A stretch of DNA of 64,000 nt from a virus: the IMG/VR virus record IMGVR_UViG_3300045988_117831; one strand, given 5' to 3'. The position numbers and the translations under genes are program-made. The notes beneath the pieces are model-generated. The model had not been told where the DNA came from, made no database searches, and saw nothing but the letters and a program-made list of their open reading frames with translations. Each line of letters starts with the position of its first letter. Position 1 is the first letter of the stretch. Below are positions 38,368 through 46,696 of this stretch, one piece after another.

Positions 38368-38751
38368 ATGAAGAAAGAACCGATTCGACTCAGCTCCATG
38401 GCCTCGGCCCGTGCCATCGATGCGGAATTCGCATTCCGGATGGACGAGTTCATGGCGCGCGTCGCTAAAGAGCACGAAGCGCTCGCCGCCCGCGTCGCTA
38501 AAGAGCACGAAGCGCTCGCCGCCCGACTGAATGCCGAGCATCTGGTGCTTTGGGACGAAATCCGCGCTGTCGCCGGCCTGAGCGCCACCGACTTCCCGAA
38601 CATCTCCATGGCGCACGACACTGCCGATGGGAAGCTCTATGTCATGGATGCCGACGAGCTGGAGCGCGTCCGCCAGGCATGTCCCTGCCCGGACTGCGAA
38701 GCCGCACGCGCCGAAAGCATGCCGTCGCAAGCCAGTGGAGGTATTCACTGA
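38368..38751 (+). CDS. hypothetical protein containing a perfect 33-bp in-frame tandem duplication
   Basis: Start MKKEPIRL after AAAGAGAATCATC. RVAKEHEALAA occurs twice consecutively (38458..38523). Confidence 0.5.
   Translation: MKKEPIRLSSMASARAIDAEFAFRMDEFMARVAKEHEALAARVAKEHEALAARLNAEHLVLWDEIRAVAGLSATDFPNISMAHDTADGKLYVMDADELERVRQACPCPDCEAARAESMPSQASGGIH
38458..38523 (+). repeat. perfect 2 x 33-bp tandem duplication inside a CDS
   Basis: CGCGTCGCTAAAGAGCACGAAGCGCTCGCCGCC repeated twice. Confidence 0.85.
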
Positions 38752-38966
38752 TGCCGATCAAGCTATCTTCCGTGCATGTACGGATCGCCGGGCCTGATGG
38801 CAGGGTCTTGGCCGAAGGCCGCGCCGAGTTCTCCGGAACTGCATTCTGGCTGGCCGCGCAACGCGAAATGAAGCTAAAGCACCTCGTCGGAACTTCCTTC
38901 GAAGGCGCCCTGACCTACCTGGCCGACAACGGCTACAACGTTACATTCAGCAAAGGTGAAAAGTAA
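38751..38966 (+). CDS. hypothetical protein
   Basis: 71 aa, MPIKLSSVHV. ATGA overlap with the upstream gene. Confidence 0.45.
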   Translation: MPIKLSSVHVRIAGPDGRVLAEGRAEFSGTAFWLAAQREMKLKHLVGTSFEGALTYLADNGYNVTFSKGEK

Positions 38967-39349
38967 TGATCGAAAGACATGTAGTGGATGCGGAAGTCGT
39001 CGAGCGGATTCGTTCTCTTCGCATTCGGTTCAACGTCCTGGACGAAACCCTGCAACGGGCCGTTGACATGGCCATGCTCAGCCACCAGAAAGCTCTGCAA
39101 GACCTGCGGACCTATGAGGCCCAGCTCTGGGACGCGCTCAACGCTCGTTACGGTCTGTCCGTCGAAAAGACCTATGACCTGCGGTTCGAAGGCGAAGAAG
39201 CCGTGCTGGTCGAGGTTCCGCCAGGCGATGGCCAAGGTGATGATTTCATCGTCGAGTCGGAAGCCGAAGCGCTCGCGGCCGGCCAGGAAGCCCTGGGAGT
39301 CGGCGAGGCCGTTGCGTCGACACTCAGCGCCAGGAACCGCACCGAGTAA
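38966..39349 (+). CDS. hypothetical acidic protein
   Basis: 127 aa. ATGA overlap. Followed by a bidirectional terminator. Confidence 0.5.
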   Translation: MIERHVVDAEVVERIRSLRIRFNVLDETLQRAVDMAMLSHQKALQDLRTYEAQLWDALNARYGLSVEKTYDLRFEGEEAVLVEVPPGDGQGDDFIVESEAEALAAGQEALGVGEAVASTLSARNRTE

Positions 39350-39375
39350 GACCCGAAGCCCGGAGCGATCCGGGC
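39346..39375. terminator. bidirectional terminator between the + strand accessory genes and the convergent terminase gene
   Basis: GAAGCCCGGA-GCG-ATCCGGGCTTTTC. Confidence 0.65.
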
Positions 39376-39385
39376 TTTTCTATGT

Positions 39386-40831
39386 TTAGAAGTCGAAGAA
39401 GCCTTTGGGCTTCCGGATCGGCAGAATGGCCGACATAATCACCGAGTCAGCGATGTTCGGTGACTTGATTTTGCGTTTCTCGCGCATATCCTTCTTGGAC
39501 TCGACTTTGAACCGGCCGTTCATGTCCAGGTCTTTGCGCGGTGACGAAAGTTCGATACACAGTTGATTTAGTTTGTCCGGGTGAATCGTTTCAGAGTTGA
39601 TCGAAATCAATTCGTCAAATGGATAAACCTTTCCATGCTCAACCGCTTCATAAGTCTTCCGGAATCGGGTCGCGACTTCTTCCCACTTCTGCGCCTTGAT
39701 GTTGCTGAAGTGGTCTTTGTTCTTGATAATCGTGTGCGGCAGCTTCATGTAGACGTCATCAGGCTTATCGACAGCGCCGCCCGCGTTGAATGGGTCATAG
39801 ATCAGTTTGAAGTCTGGGCTGGCATCGTTCAACTCGGCGAACTTCGAACCGACATGAGCGCCGACGCCGATGGAGTCATAAGTGACCGATGCGCCTTTCA
39901 TCTTCGCCAGGTTGTAAACGCGGCTGGACGACTTGAGCAGTTCATCCTCCAGGCCGTCCCATTCGTCAACTTCCATGATGACGTTGCCGTGCATGAGCGT
40001 AGTGGCGTTCGCATCCTCGCCGTCGTCCGCAACGTCGAAGCCGATGCGCTTCGATCCGGCCGGCTCCCAGCCGAGTTTCTTGTGGGCGTCGATGGCCGCG
40101 AGAATGAACTTGAGGTTGATGACGGATTTGTCGCCTCCAGTCTTCGGAATCCCGCCATAAATGTGCTCGGCCTGCTCCCGGTCGCGTTCATAGGCTTCGT
40201 GAATCACTTTGAGCATCGTCTCACTGAGGAACGGATTTTCGTTCCAGTTGATCATCTTGACGCAGGAGTCTTTCGGGGGCTTGACCACGAAGTTCTGATA
40301 CACGAAATCGGTGACTTCGTTAGGGTTGAAGATGATCCAGATTTCTGAGTTCTCTTTCCGGATGGTCGGCTCGATGACTTCCCACTGCTCCTGGGTCAGG
40401 TAGTGAGCTTCCTCAAGCCAGAGAATGTCGATGCCTTCGGTAGACTTGATTTCCGACAGGTTACGGGCGATCCCATAGAATAGGAATTCTGATCCGGTCA
40501 TCTTGTGCTTGATCGAGTTCTTCGTGAAAATGAACTCGCCGTTGTACTCAGAATTCTCAATCTTGTCCTTGATCAACGTGTAGACCGATTCGCTGATGCG
40601 GTTCTGAAACTGGCGAGCACAGAGGAACTTGAGTCTATAGTTGGCCGCGAGGTAAACGGCGATACCGCCTGCGTCGTGTGACTTCGAAGACGCCCGGCCG
40701 CCATAAATGACTTTGTAACGGGCGCGAGTTCGCCAGACTGCTCGCAGTGCAGGGTTGAGTTTGTACATTCTAATCAATCCGGTGTCAGCAATAGGTCGAG
40801 TATATCGACGCCGCAACAGACGGTCGAGCAC
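39386..40831 (-). CDS. terminase large subunit (Terminase_6 / PBSX XtmB-like)
   Basis: 481 aa. Walker A-like GRASSKS, ...DILWLEEAHYL..., and a C-terminal nuclease region. The true start may be the internal MYKLNP. Confidence 0.8.
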   Translation of the reverse strand: MLDRLLRRRYTRPIADTGLIRMYKLNPALRAVWRTRARYKVIYGGRASSKSHDAGGIAVYLAANYRLKFLCARQFQNRISESVYTLIKDKIENSEYNGEFIFTKNSIKHKMTGSEFLFYGIARNLSEIKSTEGIDILWLEEAHYLTQEQWEVIEPTIRKENSEIWIIFNPNEVTDFVYQNFVVKPPKDSCVKMINWNENPFLSETMLKVIHEAYERDREQAEHIYGGIPKTGGDKSVINLKFILAAIDAHKKLGWEPAGSKRIGFDVADDGEDANATTLMHGNVIMEVDEWDGLEDELLKSSSRVYNLAKMKGASVTYDSIGVGAHVGSKFAELNDASPDFKLIYDPFNAGGAVDKPDDVYMKLPHTIIKNKDHFSNIKAQKWEEVATRFRKTYEAVEHGKVYPFDELISINSETIHPDKLNQLCIELSSPRKDLDMNGRFKVESKKDMREKRKIKSPNIADSVIMSAILPIRKPKGFFDF

Positions 40832-40865
40832 AACCGTTCGTCGGTGAACATAATTTTATTGTTAA

Positions 40866-40938
40866 TACACTTTACTTCCATTCTGACCAACGGCATAATC
40901 TCTTCATCGAAACGAACAAACACCTGGAGGGTAAGACG
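40866..40938 (+). promoter_or_regulatory. repeated promoter/leader copy B
   Basis: CACTTTACTTCCATTCTGACCAACGGCATAATCTCTTCATCGAAACGAACAAACACCTGGAGG. Confidence 0.6.
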
Positions 40939-41097
40939 ATGAACGCAAACCAGCAAATAGAAGCATTCTTCCTGGCTCGCAAAGCGGAAGGGTGCGGCAA
41001 TAGCAGAGCCTTGGATGCGACCGTCGAGCACTTCGCACAATACAACCCTATGTACGTGCGGACTCACATTCGCCACTGCGCGCTTTGGGATACCTAA
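40939..41097 (+). CDS. small hypothetical protein driven by promoter/leader repeat copy B
   Basis: 52 codons, MNANQQIEAFFLARK... Positioned exactly after the conserved leader and RBS. Confidence 0.35.
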   Translation: MNANQQIEAFFLARKAEGCGNSRALDATVEHFAQYNPMYVRTHIRHCALWDT

Positions 41098-41185
41098 TCA
41101 ACATTCGGATGCGGAAATGCCTTCCATGGGAGGAAATATTCCTGACGGGCATACCGTTCGTCCACTTTGAGAAATATTTCACAAT

Positions 41186-41263
41186 TCTGCTTTACTTCCA
41201 TTCTGAATAGCGTCATAATCTCTTCATCGAACGCGAAACACTCCAAAACAGAGGAACGCAGAA
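41186..41263 (+). promoter_or_regulatory. repeated promoter/leader copy C
   Basis: CTGCTTTACTTCCATTCTGAATAGCGTCATAATCTCTTCATCGAACGCGAAACACTCCAAAACAGAGGAACGCAGAAATG. Confidence 0.6.
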
Positions 41264-41410
41264 ATGACCAAATCCCAGATCAACGATCAAATCCGCTCCG
41301 CCAAGATCGCCATCAGCGAGGCAGAAATGGAAGGCCTGCGCGGCCAGGCTATGATCGCCCTGAAAGCTAAGCTGACCACCCTCAAAGCTCAGTACAAACT
41401 CGCCAAATAA
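41264..41410 (+). CDS. small hypothetical coiled-coil protein driven by promoter/leader repeat copy C
   Basis: 48 codons, MTKSQINDQIRSAKIAISEAEMEGL... Follows the conserved leader. Confidence 0.35.
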   Translation: MTKSQINDQIRSAKIAISEAEMEGLRGQAMIALKAKLTTLKAQYKLAK

Positions 41411-41422
41411 GGGGCCAGAAAA

Positions 41423-41725
41423 ATGACTAAGCAGATCAATATCGGCGTCAGCAACTTCGACGAAGCTTTCATCCAGCACATCATCAGCGGCGGTTTCCTC
41501 TTCGATGTCGACGAATATGAAGTCGCAGACCGCATCCTGCTGAATGTGGATGGCGAACCGGCTATCCAGTTCGAACTGAATGCCGAACTGTGGAACGAAG
41601 AGACTCTGGGCATTCCGATGGACATCGACAGTGACGAGTTCGCCGATGAGCTTCAAGATTGGGTCGAGTCTAAGGTAAATTTCGCCTTCGAAGAGTGGCT
41701 GAGCGCGGACGAAGGCGAAGAGTGA
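41423..41725 (+). CDS. highly acidic small protein (DNA-mimic / anti-restriction candidate)
   Basis: 100 aa with about 30% Asp+Glu (FDVDEYEVADRILLNVDGEPAIQFELNAELWNEETL...). RBS AAGGGGCCAGAAAA. Confidence 0.5.
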   Translation: MTKQINIGVSNFDEAFIQHIISGGFLFDVDEYEVADRILLNVDGEPAIQFELNAELWNEETLGIPMDIDSDEFADELQDWVESKVNFAFEEWLSADEGEE

Positions 41726-41777
41726 TTACGATGCGGCTGGGATGGTCCCGGCCGCGACTTCTTATGAGGATTGTGTT

Positions 41778-42464
41778 ATGTCTAGCATAGTGTACTTCCA
41801 GTACATCACCGGCGCCATTCAGGTTCCTCTGGAAGTCGAAGTGGAGGCCGGCCAGCTGCAAATGGTCAATGTAGAAGTCGATCCTGATGGCTTCCGCAAA
41901 TTCTGGCCTATTGCCGATAGTCTCCTCTGGGATCCAGAGGAGTGCAAGTTTCTGCCTCGCTACAAATCCAGATACATGACCGATGCCGCAGCGTATGCCG
42001 ACCAGGCAGTGCTCGCCTTCGCAGCCGGCCAGTACTACCTGCGGATGGAGTCGAAGGAAGAGCGTAAAGACCCGGATGACGATCTGCATGCGATTGAGCT
42101 TTCAGAAATGCGAGAGACGTGCAGAAAGGCGAAAGTCGAAAAGCATCAGCTGGTGCGCGAAAATACTCGCCTTGACGAATGCCTTCAGAACTCCATCGCC
42201 CGCGAAAACCAGGTTGGCGAGACAAATCGCCAGCTCCAGCTCAGAATCCAGGATTTGGAGGCAGAGCTAGCATCGCAGAAGGCGCTCCGGGAAGAGCTGG
42301 ACAAGAGCCTGGAAGGCAGCATCAAGAACGCCAATGCCCAGCACAAGACGGCGTGCGACGCCATGGAGCAGCTTACAAAAGCCAGGAAAGAAGCCGATTT
42401 CTATCGCCTCGGTATGCAGAAAGTAGCGGCTATCGCAAACGCTAAACCTTCTGAGGATAACTGA
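41778..42464 (+). CDS. hypothetical protein with C-terminal coiled coil
   Basis: Start MSSIVYFQY after GAGGA with 7-nt spacing. The listed ORF starts 36 nt earlier with no RBS. Confidence 0.5.
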   Translation: MSSIVYFQYITGAIQVPLEVEVEAGQLQMVNVEVDPDGFRKFWPIADSLLWDPEECKFLPRYKSRYMTDAAAYADQAVLAFAAGQYYLRMESKEERKDPDDDLHAIELSEMRETCRKAKVEKHQLVRENTRLDECLQNSIARENQVGETNRQLQLRIQDLEAELASQKALREELDKSLEGSIKNANAQHKTACDAMEQLTKARKEADFYRLGMQKVAAIANAKPSEDN

Positions 42465-42478
42465 ACGTGCAGAAATAC

Positions 42479-42655
42479 GCCATGTCCCATATCCCTCGCC
42501 CAGGAACGCTCCAGTTCGAGTTCGAATGTCTCGCTGCGGCCCACTTCGGCATCAATGATGGCGCCTTATCTATGTCGTCCGATGGCGAGCGTTACTGCAA
42601 CGAACACATCGACTGGCTCTGGCGGCAATTCCTGTCTTCAAAAGGTTTCAGATAA
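42479..42655 (+). CDS. small hypothetical protein
   Basis: MSHIPRPGTLQFEF... An alternative GTG start lies at 42467. Confidence 0.3.
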   Translation, partial: AMSHIPRPGTLQFEFECLAAAHFGINDGALSMSSDGERYCNEHIDWLWRQFLSSKGFR

Positions 42656-42663
42656 TCTGAAGA

Positions 42664-42740
42664 AAATGCTTTACTCGATGAGGTGGCTGAGGTATAGTTA
42701 CCTCATCGAACGCGAAACACTCCAAAAAGAGGATTGCGAC
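42664..42740 (+). promoter_or_regulatory. repeated promoter/leader copy D
   Basis: ATGCTTTACTCGATGAGGTGGCTGAGGTATAGTTACCTCATCGAACGCGAAACACTCCAAAAAGAGGATTGCGACATG. Confidence 0.6.
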
Positions 42741-42992
42741 ATGACTAGCTCCAAATGGAACATCGGCAGAAACGACACCATCGCAGTCGAGGCCGTAAAC
42801 AGCCGCGAAGATTTCCGCTGGAACGGCAAGGTTCGCGTCATCCACTACAGCGCCGGTCAAATCGTCAACATCATCGAGTTCTATCACCACGATCTGGACT
42901 GGGCGATCAAGAATTTCGGCATCAAGCTGAAGGCTATCTCCAAAGGCCTGGAAATACTCCACACCTGCTACTTCGGGAAGTATGTCAAGTGA
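42741..42992 (+). CDS. hypothetical protein driven by promoter/leader repeat copy D
   Basis: 83 aa, MTSSKWNIGRN... The listed longer ORF reads through the promoter sequence. Confidence 0.5.
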   Translation: MTSSKWNIGRNDTIAVEAVNSREDFRWNGKVRVIHYSAGQIVNIIEFYHHDLDWAIKNFGIKLKAISKGLEILHTCYFGKYVK

Positions 42993-43189
42993 TCGTCCAA
43001 TTCGATTCCCAAGAAGAGAAAATCATCAGCCTGAGAACGCTGTCCAAGTATCGTCGCGCCGGTGGCAAGTTCGCGCCGGTGGACGGAACTCAGACCGGTC
43101 CCTGGGGTCCAGTAGACAACGCGCTCTGGGCGAAGTTCGAAGCCGAAGTCAGGGCAGAATACATCCGCAAACAGGAGCGTAAAGCATGA
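42989..43189 (+). CDS. small hypothetical protein (GTG start overlapping the upstream stop)
   Basis: VIVQFDSQEEKIISL...IRKQERKA. GTGA overlap suggests translational coupling. Confidence 0.3.
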   Translation: MIVQFDSQEEKIISLRTLSKYRRAGGKFAPVDGTQTGPWGPVDNALWAKFEAEVRAEYIRKQERKA

Positions 43190-43401
43190 TCAAGCAAGAC
43201 CTGTACAAGCAGATCGCCTTCGCGGCGATTGGCTCCGGCATCAAGATGTTCGTCAAGCTGTACTGCAACGATACCACCCTGGAAGTCATCGGCGTCGAGG
43301 AAGCCCACATTGATGGGACGATTCGTCTGCGTTACACTGGCTACGCAGATGGAGTTGGCTTTAACTTCTTCGCCGACGAAATTGACGTGGTGATGGTATG
43401 A
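43186..43401 (+). CDS. hypothetical protein
   Basis: 71 aa, ATGA overlap. Confidence 0.45.
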   Translation: MIKQDLYKQIAFAAIGSGIKMFVKLYCNDTTLEVIGVEEAHIDGTIRLRYTGYADGVGFNFFADEIDVVMV

Positions 43402-43607
43402 GCAGGAAGCCGGCACCAAGCGGCTGGGCGCAACCCGGCAATGCTCGCAAAGTCCACTTCTTCACGTCGGACGGCCGCAGTCTGTGCAAGCGCTGGCTGT
43501 ATCTCGGCAAGACTTACAGCGAGCTGCCCGACCTGGAAATCACCTGCGCGATCTGCGAGAAGAAGCGCCAGAGTCCTTTCGAGAAATACTGCGACACCAT
43601 TCTCTAA
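43398..43607 (+). CDS. hypothetical Cys-containing small protein
   Basis: 69 aa, ATGA overlap. C...C...CxxC pattern. Confidence 0.45.
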   Translation: MSRKPAPSGWAQPGNARKVHFFTSDGRSLCKRWLYLGKTYSELPDLEITCAICEKKRQSPFEKYCDTIL

Positions 43608-43638
43608 CTTTCAAATCTTCCAAAACCGAGGAACAGTT

Positions 43639-44283
43639 ATGAAACTCTACCATGCAAAAGTCAGCCCTCCATCCTTCTATCGCCACAACCAGACCGACGA
43701 AGAGCGGAAAGCCTTGGAAGCGGAATATGTCAGCAAGCTCCATGTTCTACTGGGGAACCTGGAAGGCGTAACAATCGGGAATCCTGGTGAGCGGAACTGG
43801 GAGCCGTCCACCTGGAGCAACGACGTTCCCGTGGTGTGTAATGAAATCGGCCTGGGTCGTCTGACCGCTTCAGCCTGGGATCTGGACAAGGACTATCCGT
43901 ATACCATCATCAGCCTGGTCCTTCTCTGGGACGACATTGACCCGGAAGCTGCTCTGCGACCCATGCTGGAGCGTCTGGAGCTGGCCGCGAGCCGGTTGGC
44001 CGGTATGTCCGTAAGCTACATCAACCAACCGGAGATGGTGAGTGGAATCGAGGGTTGGAACTCACTCACAGGATCGGCCATACCTGGTCCGAATCTCCAG
44101 AACGTCAACCGTCTGCTGCTCAAGGAAGACTGCTGCACGGACGAACTCCAGTCTGCCCTGGACGCAGGATGGCGCCTTCTCGCCGTGTGTCCTCAGGAAG
44201 CGCGCCGGCCCGACTACATCCTGGGTCGGTTCGATCCCGTCCCGCCGACCGGACCGCGTGGCGCGGCCAGGAGCATCGATTAA
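43639..44283 (+). CDS. hypothetical protein
   Basis: Start MKLYHAKVSPP after GAGGAACAGTT. Confidence 0.5.
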   Translation: MKLYHAKVSPPSFYRHNQTDEERKALEAEYVSKLHVLLGNLEGVTIGNPGERNWEPSTWSNDVPVVCNEIGLGRLTASAWDLDKDYPYTIISLVLLWDDIDPEAALRPMLERLELAASRLAGMSVSYINQPEMVSGIEGWNSLTGSAIPGPNLQNVNRLLLKEDCCTDELQSALDAGWRLLAVCPQEARRPDYILGRFDPVPPTGPRGAARSID

Positions 44284-44610
44284 ATGACCATGGTAGGCCC
44301 GGCTGGCAAGCGCTATTGGCTCCGATATGAAACCAGATACTGGGAGTGTCTTGACGGACAAACCCTGCGGCTGGTCTTCGTCATCAACGGTCGCCGGTAT
44401 GAGGTCAATCGACGAGTGAATGTCGACATCCTGTCCAGTCGGCGCAGGTTCGAATCTTTCGGCCGAGTCCTGGCAAGGATGGAAATCAGCCTGTGGTTCG
44501 CAGTGTGCGAGCAAGAAGGGCCATGGCGCGGTAGCGTAGCCATAAGCGATACCGCACTTTGGTTCCACCTGACGGGAGAATTGGTACACAAATGCTTTAC
44601 TCGGCGGTGA
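44284..44610 (+). CDS. hypothetical protein
   Basis: 108 aa. Start overlaps the upstream stop (TAAATG). Confidence 0.45.
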   Translation: MTMVGPAGKRYWLRYETRYWECLDGQTLRLVFVINGRRYEVNRRVNVDILSSRRRFESFGRVLARMEISLWFAVCEQEGPWRGSVAISDTALWFHLTGELVHKCFTRR

Positions 44611-44676
44611 GAATCAGGGCATAATCTCTTCACCGGCTGAGAAGCCGGACCAGAAGTCCAAAAAGGAATCTCGAAA
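44591..44676 (+). promoter_or_regulatory. repeated promoter/leader copy E
   Basis: ATGCTTTACTCGGCGGTGAGAATCAGGGCATAATCTCTTCACCGG...CCAAAAAGGAATCTCGAAATG. Confidence 0.55.
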
Positions 44677-44811
44677 TGTACAGAACTCCCTCGTCCAAGT
44701 TCACTTTCATCTGCAACGGCCTCGCCCAGAATACTGAAGTGACGGTCCTGCTCCGGACGCAGAAACCGGAAGACGTATGGTGGTGGACGAAGCTCCAGCT
44801 GCGAACCTGAT
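44677..44811 (+). CDS. small hypothetical protein driven by promoter/leader repeat copy E
   Basis: 44 codons, MYRTPSSKFTFICNGLAQNTEV... Confidence 0.3.
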
Positions 44812-45214
44812 TCGCATCCATGAACGCAGCAATCCGCGCCGTCGCCGTACCATTAGCATCCTCGACGTGGACGCAGTGTCCATCCTTCACAAACGTTAAT
44901 CCATCGGCGCGGCTGGGATCGTCCTGGCCGCGCCTTCTCATAGGGTGTATGATGGCCAAAATATTGATGGCCTGTGAGTTGCTCGTCGGCGACGAAATAC
45001 TCACTCATGTTGACGTCAACGATCCCGTTCGGCGTCGGGCCATAGTCCTGCGATCTGGAGCTGCGCCGCACAGCAAAGTAAGCATCGAAGTCTCGGCACT
45101 CATCGGCGCTGACTGGGTGGACTTCAAGCTCAAGTTGGCCAGGGACTATCCTACCATCTGCTTACATGACATCGACCCGATCCGCCCTCGCGGCGCTGCC
45201 CAATAGGAGAACAC

Positions 45215-45265
45215 CATGGCAAAAGTTGTAAGAGTTGATGAGTTGAAACTGGCGACGAAATTCTG
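45215..45265 (+). CDS. very short ORF with strong RBS, followed by a 64-codon open -1 frame lacking a start (possible frameshift or sequencing error)
   Basis: AGGAGAACACC then ATG. MAKVVRVDELKLATKF then stop. The -1 frame continues ...ILIKLRADSAARNKAIVLSVECWRDEITLELTCPAGDYWEDWRSKYRAYDKVVLLKRD to 45435, just before a terminator. Confidence 0.3.
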
Positions 45266-45442
45266 ATTAAGCTCAGGGCGGATTCCGCAGCCAGGAACAA
45301 GGCAATTGTCCTTTCTGTCGAATGCTGGCGCGACGAAATCACCCTGGAGCTTACCTGCCCGGCCGGCGACTACTGGGAAGACTGGCGCAGTAAATATCGC
45401 GCATATGACAAAGTCGTTCTGTTGAAGCGCGACTAACAACAA

Positions 45443-45472
45443 CAAGCCTCTGCCGAGTCGCAGAGGCTTTCT
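45443..45472 (+). terminator. rho-independent terminator
   Basis: AAGCCTCTG-CCGAGT-CGCAGAGGCTTTCTC. Confidence 0.6.
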
Positions 45473-45811
45473 CATTGGAGGGCAGCTTATGTCCGATAAA
45501 AGAACAAAGTGGCCATTACTGGGTGACGGTCAGTCCGACCGATCTGTCTAGCGCGTCGGCCGCGCAGCGACTCTGCGAAACGATCCGTCTGAACATGACG
45601 CGAGGCGTCGCATCCTACATCAAGTTCTACGGCTCGAAAGGCGAAGACCTGGTGACGCGAGTCATTCCGCACCAGTGCGAACTATTCGTCAATGACGAGT
45701 CGGGCACGAATCGGCGTCGAACGGCGATGATGATCGAATACGTCCGCTTCAAAGTTCCGGCCGGTATGTCTCTGGTCGAACACCAAAAGCAACCTTATTG
45801 AGGAGCGAGCC

Positions 45812-46507
45812 ATGCTGTACATCTGGGAAGACCAAGATATCCACCACAACATCGAAACTCTGGCTTTCGTCGGCGAGTCCAGGTCCAACTACACAATCAT
45901 CGGATTCGAATTCGGTGATCTGTTCGCCATCGCCAAAGAGTCCACTGGTCAGATCGTGGTAAGCCCGCTGACTCGGCAAGGGATGGCGGAATGGCTCACC
46001 ATGAACGGCCATATTCCTGCCGAGATCATCAGCCACGGACCCGGCAACCACAAAAACCCGTATGTCTGGGCGGACTCCATCGTCCTGAACAATCTGCCGA
46101 CCCATCCGAACATGCGCTGCGTTACCACTCCATTCACGGGCTTCGATCCAGCAGAACCGGGTGGCGACAAGACTGCCATAGGTCAAGTCATCAAGGACAA
46201 CCGATCCGCCGAAATGTTCGGCGACAATCCGTCGCAGCGGTCGCAGCGGTCCTTTGGCGGCATAGCGCCGAGTCTTCCTGATCTGCCCGATCTTCCGGAG
46301 CCGCCCAGGGCGCCGATGGCTCCTCCAGGCCTGCCGGTTCCGCCCGCGCCTCATGCGCCAAAAGCGCCTCCAGCTCCGCAGGTAAGCAGGCAGTCGGAAT
46401 CGCTGGCGCTTCGGTCGGGTGCGATCCCTTCCAGCCCGGCGCCCGCATCGGACAACGACAGGCCCGGCGATCCGCCCATCGAGCCTATCACAGTCCCGAC
46501 TTTCTGA
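45812..46507 (+). CDS. hypothetical protein with Pro-rich C-terminal region
   Basis: 231 aa. RBS GAGGAGCGAGCC. C-terminus PDLPDLPEPPRAPMAPPGLPVPPAPHAPKAPPAP. Confidence 0.5.
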   Translation: MLYIWEDQDIHHNIETLAFVGESRSNYTIIGFEFGDLFAIAKESTGQIVVSPLTRQGMAEWLTMNGHIPAEIISHGPGNHKNPYVWADSIVLNNLPTHPNMRCVTTPFTGFDPAEPGGDKTAIGQVIKDNRSAEMFGDNPSQRSQRSFGGIAPSLPDLPDLPEPPRAPMAPPGLPVPPAPHAPKAPPAPQVSRQSESLALRSGAIPSSPAPASDNDRPGDPPIEPITVPTF

Positions 46508-46599
46508 CATCACCCCAACGCCAACAAACACCGCAGCCTGCTCTGCGGTGTTTTCACATCAGACAACCGTTCGTCGGCTTTGTGATCAATCTGATGAAA

Positions 46600-46696
46600 T
46601 AGATGTAGACACGCAGCATCGACCTAGGCATAATCTCTTTCAACGGGGCGACAAACTGAAGCCCAAACGAAATCTTCCAAAACAGAGGATCGCAAA
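46600..46696 (+). promoter_or_regulatory. repeated promoter/leader copy F (degenerate -35)
   Basis: GGCATAATCTCTTTCAACGGGGCGACAAACTGAAGCCCAAACGAAATCTTCCAAAACAGAGGATCGCAAAATG. Confidence 0.45.

Noticed and set aside
40774-41076. 100-aa minus-strand ORF upstream of terL as a small-terminase candidate
   Set aside because: It runs straight through promoter/leader copy B and the 5' end of terL. The product is Cys/Val-rich with no RBS, so it is treated as spurious.
44820-45206. 128-aa ORF MNAAIRAVAVPL... as a gene
   Set aside because: It has no RBS. The product is hydrophobic and Ala/Arg-rich with no features, and the ORF overlaps the end of the leader-driven gene 44677-44811. It was left out of the feature list as unsupported.
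45476-45801. TTG-initiated 108-aa ORF immediately after the terminator at 45443-45472
   Set aside because: It starts only at a TTG directly following a terminator hairpin. The internal ATG candidates lack an RBS. It cannot be supported from sequence alone.
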